Positions 1 through 12,890 of a stretch of DNA of 64,000 bases are shown in pieces. The stretch is from Octopus vulgaris (taxonomy: Eukaryota), in the NCBI GenBank assembly GCA_951406725.2, contig OX597815.1, positions 192,510,001 to 192,574,000 of the forward strand. Direction: 5' to 3'. Under the pieces are notes generated by a model. It saw only the letters and a list, made by a program, of their open reading frames with translations. It searched no databases and was not told the origin of the DNA. The translations under genes and the position numbers were made by a program. Within the stretch, counting starts at the first letter, position 1; every line of letters begins with the position of its first letter.

Positions 1-395
1 TGGCTGAAACAAGTAAAAGAGAGATGGGAGCGATGACCTCCCTTGCAAATGCGCTATGGACACAAACTATGTGTCGATAGCCAGCTGGAAAAAAATTGTT
101 TTCCTGGGGCTATAACAACAGTAACGTCCTTTATAGGACAGCCACATTCTGTTGGCATATAAACATTACCATTCCTAACATTATAGCAAAGACAAAAATT
201 ACACGGATGCAAACTTCTTCGTACTAATGTACAAACAATGTATTAGATCCATTGGGAAAAATGATTCTACAAATATTTTTGAGGATGGAAACTAGTATTC
301 ATCAGTTTGAGAACTGCTACCTTAACACGATTTTCAGAGCGAATCAGCTTTAGCCAATGTGGCAAGGGTGGACCTTTTGAATTACATGTGCATAT

Positions 396-531
396 GTTTC
401 CGACGAAGAGCTCCGCTCGAAACGTTAAACCCTCCTCCTTTCCTTCTTTCCTGAGCGTCCAATAATACTATATTTGTTCCACGTCCTCGCGTTGTTGTGT
501 TTTTTTGTGCTTTCTTGTTTGGATTAACTTT
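396..531 (+). mobile_element. Short non-autonomous PLE-tail element with HHR-like motif (near-identical copy at ~52161-52300, minus)
   Basis: GTTT-CCGACGA-A-GAGC/tcc/GCTC-GAAAC-GTT-AAAC, then a T-rich tail ending in (TA)n. Confidence 0.65.
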
Positions 532-555
532 ATATATATATATATATATATATAT

Positions 556-603
<48 letters not shown>

Positions 604-638
604 TAGAGAGAGAGATAGAAAGAGATATATATATATAG

Positions 639-687
<49 letters not shown>

Positions 688-2236
688 CTAGCATTGTTCT
701 GATACTTTGTCTATTTCGAAAATATGACGAGGCAAATCTAATCTCAGCACGATTTGAATGCAGCGGGCAGAGCCGAGAAGAATACTTGTAAACACTCTAT
801 CCGAAGCTCGAACGATTCGGCCAATTCTAGGTCTTGTTATCTACAATTCCCCTACAAGAGTAAATCCTAAATTTATTTTGTTGTGGGGCTATTCTACGAT
901 TTCTCAAAATCACAGAACACCTGCCTGTATTTTACGGCTAATCCAATCACCCAAATTTTAATAAGACATTAAATGATATAAAAGTTGTTTTAGCGATAAA
1001 GTTTACTCGTGTAAAAAAAAAAAAGAAAAACATAAAATAACTATTCTAAAATGGTGAATAGGTTTTTTTATATAATAAATTTTAATTAAATTTCGTTCAA
1101 AAACAACACTATCTCACGGAACTCCAAAAATTTTACTCAGAATTTTTCAAATTCCGCCGTGGTCGACTTTGCCTTTCATCCTTTCGGGGTCGATTGAATA
1201 AGTACCAGTTACGCACTGGGGTAGATATACTCGACTTAATCTATTTGTCTGTCCTTGTTTGTCCCCACTGTGTGTAGCCCCGTGTGGGCAGTAAAGAAAT
1301 AAGAAACGTTAGCACGTTTGTCCATCCTTGTTTGTCTCCTATGTGTAGCCCCTTGTGGGCAGCAAAGATATAAGAAATTTTACTCAGAATATTGATGTTC
1401 CTGAGAACCGATTTGAGAAACATAGATCCAAAATTCAAATTACGCTTACAAAACATAGCCGAGAGAGCCAAACTACACACAAACTCACCAGTCCTACAGT
1501 ACACAAAGAAACGACAAAATTAACGTACAGGCAATGAGTAGATAGACAACCGACAACTGATGAAGGGTCGTTCTTTAAGTTACTTGTCCTGTTTTCCATT
1601 TGTTTCTCTCGTTTGCGTATTGAACTCATTTGTCGTATTTTATGTTTACTGTCGGTGACGTCCATTATTTATATTTTATCAGATCCGTCATGATTTCATT
1701 AATTAATTTCTTTAAAATTGATTACTTAAAATTTAATCAATTAATCGCATCGTAGTGAAGGCTCCGATGTCTTGCCAATATGGTTTACTTTGCATCAAAC
1801 GTCAGTGATGGTCATTATGATTTATGCCAATCCTTACCGAAACGCTCAATCTCGTTCTCCACAGAAGTAAGAAAAACTTTCTAAATGTTTCAATAAGTCA
1901 ATCAAAGCAGAAGCGATGCGTAATTCTAGCAGGTTTTCCCAGATTGGTAAAAATCGATATGCTTCGCAAAATCGCAGGCTGTTGACTGTATGTAAAGGAA
2001 AGCAACCTATCTTTTATCTTTTACTTGAGTTAGTCATTATGCTGTGGCCATGCTGGAACACCGCCTTGAAGGTTTTTTGTCAAACAAATCGACCCCGGGA
2101 CTTATTTTTATGGACTGGTAATTAGTCTGTCGTTCTGTTTCGTCGAACCAGCTGTTAAGTTACGGGGATGTAACCAAACCAACACCGGTTGTCAAGCGAT
2201 GGTGGCGATGAACAAATACAAGGCACACACATACAC

Positions 2237-2659
2237 AGGCGCAGGAGTGGCTGTGTGGTAAGTAGCTTGCTAACCAACCACATGGTTCCGGGTTCAGTCC
2301 CACTGTGTGGCATCTTGGGCAAGTGTCTTCTGCTATAGCCCCGGGCCGACCAATGCCTTGTGAGTGGATTTGGTAGACGGAAACTGAAAGAAGCCTGTCG
2401 TATATATGTATATATATGTATATGTATGTGTGTGTTTGTGTGTCTATGTTTGTCCCCCTAGCATTGCTTGACAACCGATGCTGGTGTGTTTACGTCCCCG
2501 TCACTTAGCGGTTCGGCAGAAAAGAGACCGATAGAATAAGTACTGGGCTTACAAAGAATAAGTCCCGGGGTCGATTTGCTCGACTAAAGGCGGTGCTCCA
2601 GCATGGCCGCAGTCAAATGACTGAAACAAGTAAAAGAGTAAAAGAGTTTAAAAGAGTTT
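2237..2659 (+). mobile_element. tRNA-derived SINE, family A (internal microsatellite)
   Basis: Head ggcgcaggagtggctgtgtggtaag...ggttcagtccc, CORE-like cttgggcaagt, tail gactgaaacaagtaaaagag. Confidence 0.85.
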
Positions 2660-3199
2660 ATATAAATATCTTAAAATAGAAGACCACCCAAATATGTCGA
2701 AAACAGTTTGTAGTAACCTGCAACCTACGTAGCTCACTACATTTCATGCGCGGGGGCAATGGAAAGATCCAGGGGGCGTTGAAGAAAAGTGGGATGATAA
2801 TGGGGTGATATAAAAAATATTAACAGTTTAATTAGGTTTAAGTTTTCTTTATGAAATTAAGTTATTTTGAATTTGCTGCAGAAAGTGGTCTATATTTGTG
2901 ATGGGAAGGGTGAGGGGGCGTTAGGATTGTGGCTTGGGTGCCAAGGGGGCAGCAGCTTGAAAAAGTTTAGAAATTACTGATCTAGGTCTGTATTTCCCAA
3001 ACAGGGAAACGGGGATTAACAGGGTCTATGAAATTAAAAAACAATTAAAATAAAAGTAAATAAGCACTAAAAACCTAAATATGTGGAATGGATCACGAAA
3101 TTACAAGAAAACGAGTTCATTGCGCGGAAGTAACTTATAAATAAATCACCATGATAGATCGTTATAAATCAATCGCCATGATAGATCGTTATAAATTTT

Positions 3200-3372
3200 T
3201 TTTCTCTCTCCTTGTTTCTCTCCTTGTTTTTTCTGCGTCCCTTTCTGTAGAAGAGCGTAGGCTCGAAACGTAAAAGACCTTTTCTATTCCCCAGCGTTAT
3301 ACTAATACATCTGTTTGTTTTGTACACCACTTGTCTTCGTCTTTTGTTTTCTTTTTCGTAAACTCTCCCCTT
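3200..3372 (+). mobile_element. Short non-autonomous PLE-tail element, second family (copies at 12415-12562 +, 31525-31683 -, 50690-50855 -)
   Basis: CTTT-CTGTAGA-A-GAGC/gtag/GCTC-GAAAC-GTA-AAAG and a shared tail ...gtacaccacYtgtcttcgtcttttg...ctccc. Confidence 0.65.
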
Positions 3373-3448
3373 ATAAATTAATTATGATTTCGTGCTCCAG
3401 AATTCCGAGAATCTGAGTTGCTATTTCCACGTCTAAGATTTAGCTACC

Positions 3449-3760
3449 ATCATCATTATCATCATCGATGGAGACGTCATCATCCTCATCATCATCGATG
3501 TTGTCGTCGTCATCCTCATCATAATCACTGATGTTGTCATCATCATCGATGTTGTCATCCTACTCCTCCTCTCATCATCGTTGTCGTCACCGTCGTCATC
3601 ATCATCATCGTCGTCGTCACGATCATCGTCGTCATCCTCATCATCATCGTCATCGTCGTCATCATCGTCATCGTCGTCATCGTCATCATCATCGTCGTCA
3701 TCATCGTCATCGTCATCATCGTCATCGTCGTCGTGATCATCATCGTCGTGATCATCATCG

Positions 3761-3792
<32 letters not shown>

Positions 3793-3868
3793 GTCATCGT
3801 CGTCGTCATCATCGTCATCATCATCGTCATCATCATCGTCATCATCATCATCGTCGTCATCGTCATCA
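3449..3868. repeat. (CAT/CGT)n trinucleotide microsatellite
   Basis: Direct inspection. Confidence 0.95.
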
Positions 3869-4674
3869 CCCTTGTGTATCCTATAGACAGGAAATAATCT
3901 TAGAACGGCCCCCTTGGATACTCATCATCCTTGACAATTTCCTCTCATATCTCGTTTTGTTATTTTGTTCTTTTTTCTTTTAATATTAAATATTCATTCA
4001 GCGTCGTTAATCGTAAATGTTTAAGTTTCTCCAGATCTTTTTTTTTTTTTTGGATCATTGTCAGTCAGTTGTTTTACAACAAACCGTCGTGTATTTTCTT
4101 ATTCTTGCAGCCGGAATTGTGTCGGTTAGTTTGTGTGTGCCAATCTTAAATGATGCATTCAATTCAAATAGTCTTGTTAAGCCAAGTCACTGTTTATCGA
4201 ATTGGCTCAAAAAATAATCTGTTGATAGAAAGGGGAAGCACTCCGTCGGTTACGACGACGAGGGTTCCGGTTGATACGAATCAACGGAACAGCCTGCTCG
4301 TGAAATTAACGTGTAAGTGGCTGAGCACTCCACAGACACGTGTACCCTTAACGTTGTTCTCGGGGATATTCAGAGTGACACAGAGAGTGACAAGGTCGGC
4401 CCTTTGAAATACAAGTACAACAGAAACAGGAAGAAAGAGTGAGAGAAAGTTGTGGTGAAAAAGTACAGCAGGGATCACCACCATCCCTGCCGGAGCTTCG
4501 TGGAGCTTTTAGGTGTTTTCGCTCAATAAACACTCACAACGCCCGGTCTGGGAATCGAAACCGCGATCCTACGACCGCGAATCCGCTGCCCTAACCACTG
4601 GGCCATTGCGCCTCCACTGTTGATAGAAACGGATTCGGTGACAATGATCTTCTACGGAGGGTTGACCTCCTTGC

Positions 4675-5340
4675 TCTTTACTCTCTTTTACTCTTTTACT
4701 TGTTCCAGTCATTTGACTGTGGCCATGCTGGAGCACCGCCTTTAGTCGAACAAATCGACCCCAGGACTTATTCTTTGTAAGCCTAGTACTTATTCTATCG
4801 GTCTCTTTTGCCGAACGGCTAAGTTACGGGGACGTAAAAACACCAGCATCGATTGTCAAGAGATGTTGGGTGGACAAAAACAGACACACAAACATATACA
4901 CACATGCATATATACATATATACGACGGGCTTCTTTCAGTTTCCGTCTACCGAATCCACTCACAAGGCTTTGGTCGGCCCGAGGCTATAGTAGAATACAC
5001 TTGCCCAAAGTGCCACGCAGTGGGACTGAACCCGGAACCATGTGGTTGGTAAGCAAGATACTTACCACACAGCCACTCCTGCGCCTATCTACTTATCCAC
5101 TCCTTATCTAAAGTTTCAGTGAAAGCATCGCATTAAAAAAAAAATTTAAACATAGGCGCAGGAGTGGCTGTGTGGTAAGTAGCTTGTTTACCAACCACAT
5201 GGTTCCGGGTTCAGTCCCACTGTGTGGCACCTTGAGCAAGTGTCTTTTACTATAGCCTCGGGGCGACCAAAGCCTTGTGAGTGGATTTGGTAGACGGAAA
5301 CTGAAAGAAGCCTGTCGTATATATGTACGTATATATGTAC

Positions 5341-5391
<51 letters not shown>

Positions 5392-5611
5392 TGTGTGTGT
5401 TTGTGTGTCTGTGTTTCTCCCCCTAGCATTGCTTGACAACCGATGCTGGTGTGTTTATGTCCCCGTCACTTAGCGGTTCGGCAAAAGAGACCAATAGAAT
5501 AAGTACTGGGCTTACAAAAGAATAAGTCCCGGGGGTCGAGTTGCTCGATTAAAGGCGGTGCTCCAGCATGGCCGCAGTCAAATGATTGAAACGAGTAAAA
5601 GAGTAAAGAGT
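4675..5611. mobile_element. Two head-to-head family A SINEs (4675-5086 -, 5154-5611 +)
   Basis: Both match the family A consensus in opposite orientation, ~67 bp apart. Confidence 0.85.
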
Positions 5612-5862
5612 ATATCTCAATCGTTCGGGTCTAATGTTCATTTTTTTTTTTCGCATCATACAACTCAACTAATATAAAGCAGTGATAACTGCGGAATTTG
5701 ACGCGTAAAGCAATGTACTTCTGATTCTCTTTCTGTATCTAATAATGCTGCAGATTTTTCTTCTTCTTCATATCATCCAACATGCTTAAACACATTAATT
5801 TCTTCCGAACGCACTTAATCTAATCTGACATTGATGTAACATCATCGGTAACGAGTGTGCGC

Positions 5863-6402
5863 TTTTACTTTCTCTTACTTGTTTCAGTCATTTGACCGCG
5901 GCCGCGGCCATGCTGGAGCACCGCCTTTTTAGTCGAATCAAATCGACCCCCCCCCCCCCCTCAGGACTTATTCTTTATAAGCCTAGTACTTATTCTATTG
6001 ATCGCTTTTGCCGAACCGCTCAATTACGGTGACGTAAACACACCAACATCGGTTGTTGCGCGATAGTGGGGGACAAACACAGACGCACAAACACACACAC
6101 ATATAAATATATATAAATACATATATACATACATACATACATACATACATATACATATACATACATACACATACATACATACACATACATACATACACAT
6201 ACACATACATACATATACATACATACATACATACATACATACACATACATATACATACATATACATACATACACATACATACACACATACACATACATAT
6301 ACATACACATACATATACATACATACATATACATACATACATATACATACATACATATACATACATACATATACATACATACATACACACATATACATAT
6401 AT

Positions 6403-6439
<37 letters not shown>

Positions 6440-6670
6440 TACATACATATATATACATACATACATATATATATATATATAAATACATATATATATATAT
6501 ATAACGCGACAGGCTTCTTTCAGCTTCCGTCTACCAAATCCACTCATAAGGCTCTGGTCGACCCAAGGCTATAGTACAAGACACTTGCCCAAGATGCCAT
6601 GCAGTGGGACTGAACCCGGCGCCATATCGTTGGTAAGTAAACTACTTACCACACAGCCACTTCTGCGCCT
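5863..6670 (-). mobile_element. Family A SINE with ~400-bp (CATA)n expansion
   Basis: SINE head and tail flank the expanded microsatellite at 6090-6500. Confidence 0.85.
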
Positions 6671-7302
6671 GTGTTGGTCTTATTAGTATTAATATTAAGG
6701 GATATTTCGGGGAGCTTCTTATTTTTGCCTTCAGTGTAAAAAAAAAAAAAGATTTCACTGCCTTAAACATAATATCTGTAGTATTTGAAATTTTGACGAA
6801 ACTGCATAGAATAAAGAAAGTCTGCAGAGTTGAACGTTCTTTTCGTTATTGCATTGACAACTACGTTGAATGACAGATATGAGAAGACACAACCTTATCT
6901 GACACCTGTTCGAAAATAGCTGGATATGTAATCTGTAATTCTGAGTGCATAAGCTGGACCGTCGTATACATATTTTAACAAGCGGATAGGCTAGATTGAC
7001 AAGTCCTCAACCTCAAAGGAATTCCGGAGTATCGGTCTCTATATACCATTAATTTCGGTTTCAAAGCCTCTATTAAAATATATATTACTGTTTTCTGTTT
7101 CGGCTTCGTTCTCCAAAACGTTGAAGTGTAAATACATGATCATTGCAATAGTGATTTAGGTGGAAGCCTACCTTCTCCTCTCAGACTACATGTTTCCATC
7201 TTGGTTTCAAACACATTTGTAACACCTTGCTGGCAAATAACAAACAAGCTTTAAGAGCTGGTACAAAGATTATTTTCTTATTCGTGACTCATTTATTATC
7301 TA

Positions 7303-7677
7303 CTAGTACTATCACCCGGCAACGCCGGGTCATAGTGCTAGTGCATGCATATACAGCTGCTTGCGTGCGCACATACACGCGAGTACTGTCCAAATCTCCG
7401 ACCAATCACATACAGCTAGCTGGCATTCAATTGGTGTATCAAGTTTCGGGCATTTTGATTGGGTTCTGGATAGAAAATTCATAAAAAGTCACTTCTAATG
7501 ATTTCTTAATGGCTTTGCGGAGTGACTGGGGAAATGTAAAGATGTGCACGACTACCCTCGGACGGTTTTAAATGCCCATAGAAAGTGCGAGCCCTCTAAC
7601 TAAAAACTTGTAGATTTGTATAAAGGACACACACACACACACACAGAGATATTTTGCCATTTACATATATATATAGA
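7303..7677 (-). mobile_element. Non-autonomous Helitron
   Basis: TCTATATATA start, acccggcgttgccgggt hairpin, CTAG end on minus. Confidence 0.75.
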
Positions 7678-7764
7678 TTATCAGCCAATGAGTCTAAGAC
7701 GACACTTGGTGGCTCTGTAATTGAATCATCCATAACAATTAGAGATATTTTTCTTTGCTCTCAC

Positions 7765-7948
7765 TTGTTTGCTTGAAGGCTAAGAAGGACTCCACAAATA
7801 CTAACAGCTATGTGAGGAGACGAATGTAGATTCAAGTATGAGTTCAGAAACGCAAGAAACTGTCTCCGGCTTGTCATGGCTGTCCAACATTTCTGCAAAG
7901 CTATTTCGCAAATTGCTACAGGCTTTGGCAGAGCACAAAGAATTGTTT
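7765..7948 (-). CDS. Candidate host-gene internal exon
   Basis: tcattcattAG|...|GTGAGA boundaries; open frame (E)TILCALPKPVAICEIALQKCWTAMTSRRQFLAFLNSYLNLHSSPHIAVSICGVLLSLQAN in non-repetitive DNA. Confidence 0.35.
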
Positions 7949-9308
7949 CTAATGAATGATGGTAATTTGTTCTGCGCTTATCGAATAATTTAATCAGAAA
8001 CATTATCAATACGTAAGTGATTGGGAAAAGTAAAAATAAAAAGAAAATAAATGAAACTCTCTCCCTCATATAATTTGCTCTCCATATATCTGCATACGTG
8101 CAAATTGTTTCTGTACATCGAAGGAAACATATTGATTTATAATTTTTGGCACAGGGTTACTAATCTGTTCAAAGGATCTTAATCAACTGAATCGACTTTT
8201 GCTAATGCTTATTTTATCAATCTTGAGCGAATGAAGAACAAACTCAATCCAAACAGAAATTGAATTCAGAACGTAAAGGGATTTCACTAAATACCGCAAG
8301 GTATTTTAATTCAGCCTGCTTCTGTTTCTGAAACTCTACTGCTCTGTACATGAATACCTACTACAAGGCTATGTATGTCAACCTATGTTCTACTTGACAA
8401 ATGTTAGCTGTTAAAACAACCCCATTAAAACTGATGTCAGTGATGATAGATGCTTCAACACATCTAATCTTTGATCAGCAAAACATCTTACACTTGGAAG
8501 AAGCATATAGCTTCCCTACATCGTTCATTTAATCAAGTGTAAACCATGCTGGCGACAGTTAAAACATACGGAGTAATAAAAATAAGCTATTCGATAAGAA
8601 TATAGCTATCTATACATCTATATATATAATCAACTAATTCTGGTTTTCGCAAGTACTATTTCTTTCTTTTTAAACAACTTTGCTATGGATTTGATCTTTT
8701 CCTACTTTCTCAGAAAACTGGATTAAATCTCCGATAACAAGAAAAACAAAAAGAATGTAAAGAAAACGCTCTACGTCGACCATTTTGTTTTTATTTGCTC
8801 TCAGCAGAATGAACACAGGCTCATGTCAAGTAGAAACCAATAACTATCAAATAACTGTCCATGTTAGTTGGAGATATCAAACGCAACTGTGATTATTCTG
8901 CTATATGTCACGAACAGGCCAAATCGTTACAAACTAATTGTTGTTTAGCCTCAGGTCAGTTGTGATCGAACAGATCAATAATCAAAAGCAATCCAGTTGT
9001 GATCATCCCGTCGTTTTTTTGTTGTTTGTTTGTTTTTACTTCAGACATGGTGTATCTAGAACTACATTATCAAAAGACTCCTTCCTACGCTTAAAATCTG
9101 ATTTAAGGTAGATTTCACTGTTTTTTTTGTCAGATCGTGTGATCACGTAGAGGCTTTCTCGTTGACTTGTGGTCACAAACTGTTTCACTGTAATCTGGCA
9201 GACGAGACACGAAAGCATAACACAACATACATTGTAGAATATTCAACATGGAGACGGATGGACATCTTACAGAAATGATTTTAGTTTGTTAAAACTGGTT
9301 GAATAATA

Positions 9309-9554
9309 TTGGGTTGGTGCATAATTACTGCGGTTTTCTTTTTCAACAAATTTTATTCATCAAAAACAACATGTAACAAAAACATCTTTAAATGATTATT
9401 CCGGAGTATATTCACCATCTACTTCAATTACTGCTTTCTATTTGCTTGGCAGACAGTCAGACCGTCATTTAAAGATGTTTTTGTTAAATATTATTATTGT
9501 TTAATAAAATTTGTTGGGGAGGGGGAAAGCCGCAATGATTATGCACCAACTCAA
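9309..9554. mobile_element. Mariner-derived MITE
   Basis: TA-ttgggttggtgcataattactgcgg ... ccgcaatgattatgcaccaactcaa-TA. Confidence 0.85.
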
Positions 9555-10442
9555 TAAAATCATTTGAGATTTTCAACAAGATTTATTCAATGGAAAAAAA
9601 TAATTAAATACGAGCAACAGGCAGGTGGCGAACTGATAGAATCGTTAACGCGTCGCCAAAGGTGCTTTGTGTCTTTTTTTTTTTTTTTACTTATTTCGTT
9701 CCGAGTTCGAATTCCAGCTAGATCGACTTTGCCTTTCATCTTTTTTGATGAATAAAATAAGAAATAGCTTAGCCCTAGGGTCCATGTAATCTGGACTTGT
9801 GCAAAAATTAGAAAGGAACTATGAAGAAAAAAACAAACAGATTACATCCACTGCTTTGCCCAATCTTATTGGAATGACAAACAATAGTTTTACAAATCTT
9901 GTGTCTTGGGAGAATTATTACGCCAATAACACTCGCAATACGTGTTATCATTATCGGCGAACGATTCTCCCAAGACACAACGAGATTTGCTTCAACACAC
10001 AAGTTCCCGTCAAGAATCTTGCAAACCAAATACAAAAATTTTTTAGAAATTTAGGTTGCAAAGATGAGGTTGAATTTTTAAATTTCGTAAAATTTAAGAT
10101 AAATAAAAGATGATTTGTTTTGATGTACCGCGAGATATTTCTTAATAAAGGAGAGCAGGATTGGTTCATTGATTCGTTACCAAGAATGTTATTGCAATTT
10201 ATTTAATCAACTGCCAAATAATAATAATAATATCACCAGAATTCAGGGTGAGAAATTGAACTAGTAATGATAATGAAGCCGGTAGTGACTGATAAAATCT
10301 CAAATCGTCAAAACATTTTAAATAACTGCTGTACATTTTCAGTGGTGCGATAACAAACTTAAATTTCGCAGGTGTGTGTGTGTACGCATGCATGCATGCA
10401 TGCATGCATACATGCATACATGCATACATACATACATACAAG

Positions 10443-11870
10443 ATGATAGTAACATTGATCATCAAAGCAGTCTATCATGGACCAATAGCCGGATTGCTAC
10501 CTCCCACTTTGAAGGGTATGCATTTGCAATCCAGGAACAGGAAATATCAACCGAATACCTGATGCACAAAAGGGATAGAGATGCAGGAAAAGCAGCAAAA
10601 TGCGACAACCGATGCAAGCTTTGTGGAGTTAACACCAAAGATATCACCCACATCATAAGCAGTCGTCCGAAAATGTCATCATGGTATTATCTACCGATGA
10701 GATATTATGTTGTAGCTAGGACACTATAATGAAATCTGTCGGAACGATAACCCCGAGGACAAAGAAATAAGAACCCACAATATGGTAGAAGCCATAGCCA
10801 CGCATAATAAAAAGGAGTACTGGTGGAATGTCCTAGTGAAGACCTCAATAAAATGTAAGCACAACAGACCTGATATGATTTGGGACAGAGAAGAGAAACT
10901 GTGTATAGTTGCGGACTTCAGCTGCCCAGCGGATGTTAACATAAAGCTGAAGATCAGTGAAAAAAAGAATATCTAGGCTGAAATATTGAGAAATCTGCAG
11001 TTACTCTATTCAGATTACAAGTTCGGGTTTATACCTGTAACTATTGGGGCCCTGGAACATGCAACCACACTACCTAAATACCAATCTTGAGAAATTAGGC
11101 TTCTCAAAACCAGAAAGGAGAACGCTAATTCGAAGATTACAGATCCAAACCATCACTGGAACTGTATAAATCTGTAAAACTTTCCAGAAATTTATTATTG
11201 AAGTATATATGATCATGTTTAGATATGCGAGTATATGCATAAGAATACCTACATAAAGGAAAAGATACAGATCTTCACACACACACATACATACAAAAAT
11301 ATCCTAGTGTTGTTGAAATTCCAATGAAGGATCCTTGGATCTAGGTTAGAAACCGACTCTTTCTCTATTGGCGAGAAAGCTTGAAATAAAATTGAACAAT
11401 GACATACATACATACGTACATACAAAAATCTGCAGTTACTGTATCCAGATTACAAGTTCAGGTTTATACCTGTAATTATTGATGCACTGAAATAAGTAAA
11501 ACACTGCTTAAATACCAACTTGAGAAATTAGGCTTTTCAAAACAAAAACAAAAAAGAAAAGAAAGCTGATTCGAAGACTACAGATCAAATCCATCACTGG
11601 AAATGTGAAAATATGTGAAACTTTCTCGAAGTCTATCATTTAAGTAAGTATATATGAGCATATCTAGATATGCAAGTATATGCATGAGAAGACATACATA
11701 AAACAAAACACAAATTTGCACGTGTACATACATACATACATAAAACAAAACATACAAATCTGCACGTATACATACATACATACATAGATAGATACATTAA
11801 ATACCCGGCTGATGTTGAAATTCTAATGAAGAAGCCTGGCAAGAAATCTTGAAATAAAACTGAACGATGA
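10443..11870 (+). mobile_element. 3' fragment of an R4/Dong-like (restriction-like endonuclease) LINE with tandemly duplicated 3' end
   Basis: CKLCGVNTKDITHIISS (zinc knuckle), WWN...KHNRPDMIWD...DFSCP (PD-D/E RLE); 10992-11405 is repeated at 11427-11870. Confidence 0.8.
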
Positions 11871-12151
11871 CACACACACATACGCGCACACAAGCATATC
11901 TCACCTCGATACTGCGTAAACTGAGATCTCCGTTGAAAGGTCCATCATACTAAATAAAGTGTTCAACGCTTATGATATGTAAATTAGTTCCATCGGTATT
12001 CTGTAACTACTGGATTTGTTGAGTATATAAACAGATTGGGTTCTTATTTGTCCGAGATTGGTCAGAATAATATAAACACCTCTTTTCATCATTTCTTTCA
12101 AATTTTCCGTTAATATGTCTTACTACATATATTACATACAATCACGCACGT

Positions 12152-12192
<41 letters not shown>

Positions 12193-12363
12193 TTACACGT
12201 GTGCCGTTGGCGATTTCTTTTCCTTCTTTGAACTCATCTTTCTCCTTTTCGACGAAGAGCTATGCTCGAAACGTCAAACTCTCTCCTTTCACCGATAGTC
12301 AAGCTAATACATTTCTTATGCACGTTCTCATGTTATCCGTTTTTATTTGCTTATATTTGAACT

Positions 12364-12402
<39 letters not shown>

Positions 12403-12575
12403 CCACTACACATTCTTTATTTTCTCTCCTTGTTTCTTTCTGTGGAAGGGCGTAGGCTCGAAACGTTAAAGACTTTTTCACTTCCCGAGCGTTAAAATAT
12501 ACATATGTTTGTTGTCTACACCACCTGTCTTCGTCTTTTGTTTTTTTTGTGAATTCTCCCACTATATATATATAT

Positions 12576-12620
<45 letters not shown>

Positions 12621-12890
12621 AATGCTCCTTTTTAAAGCCTAGGTTCATTGGTCTGGTTTGCCGGTTTCTATGACGTCTGTGTTCCCCAGCTGGACGGGAT
12701 GCCAGTCCATCGCAGCGTTACTCATTTTTGCCAGCTGAGTGGACTGGAGCAACGGGAAATGAAGTGTTTTGCTCTAGAACACAACGCGTCGCCCGGTCAA
12801 GGAATCGAAACCACAATCTTACGATCATGATGCTGACATCCTAACCACTAAGCCACGCGCCTCCACTATGTGTGTGTATGTGTGTGTGTG

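Noticed and set aside
1557-1575. CTGATGAAGGG as a hammerhead core
   Set aside because: No stem II followed by GAAA and NUH could be found
3531-3983. His/Arg-rich 150-aa ORF and antisense Met/Thr-rich ORF
   Set aside because: Translation of a (CAT/CGT)n microsatellite; no other coding evidence
5995-6547. MYVC-type ORFs (also at 16.2-16.7, 19.2-20.9, 23.9-25.0, 37.3-38.4 and 56.0-56.5 kb)
   Set aside because: Microsatellite translations
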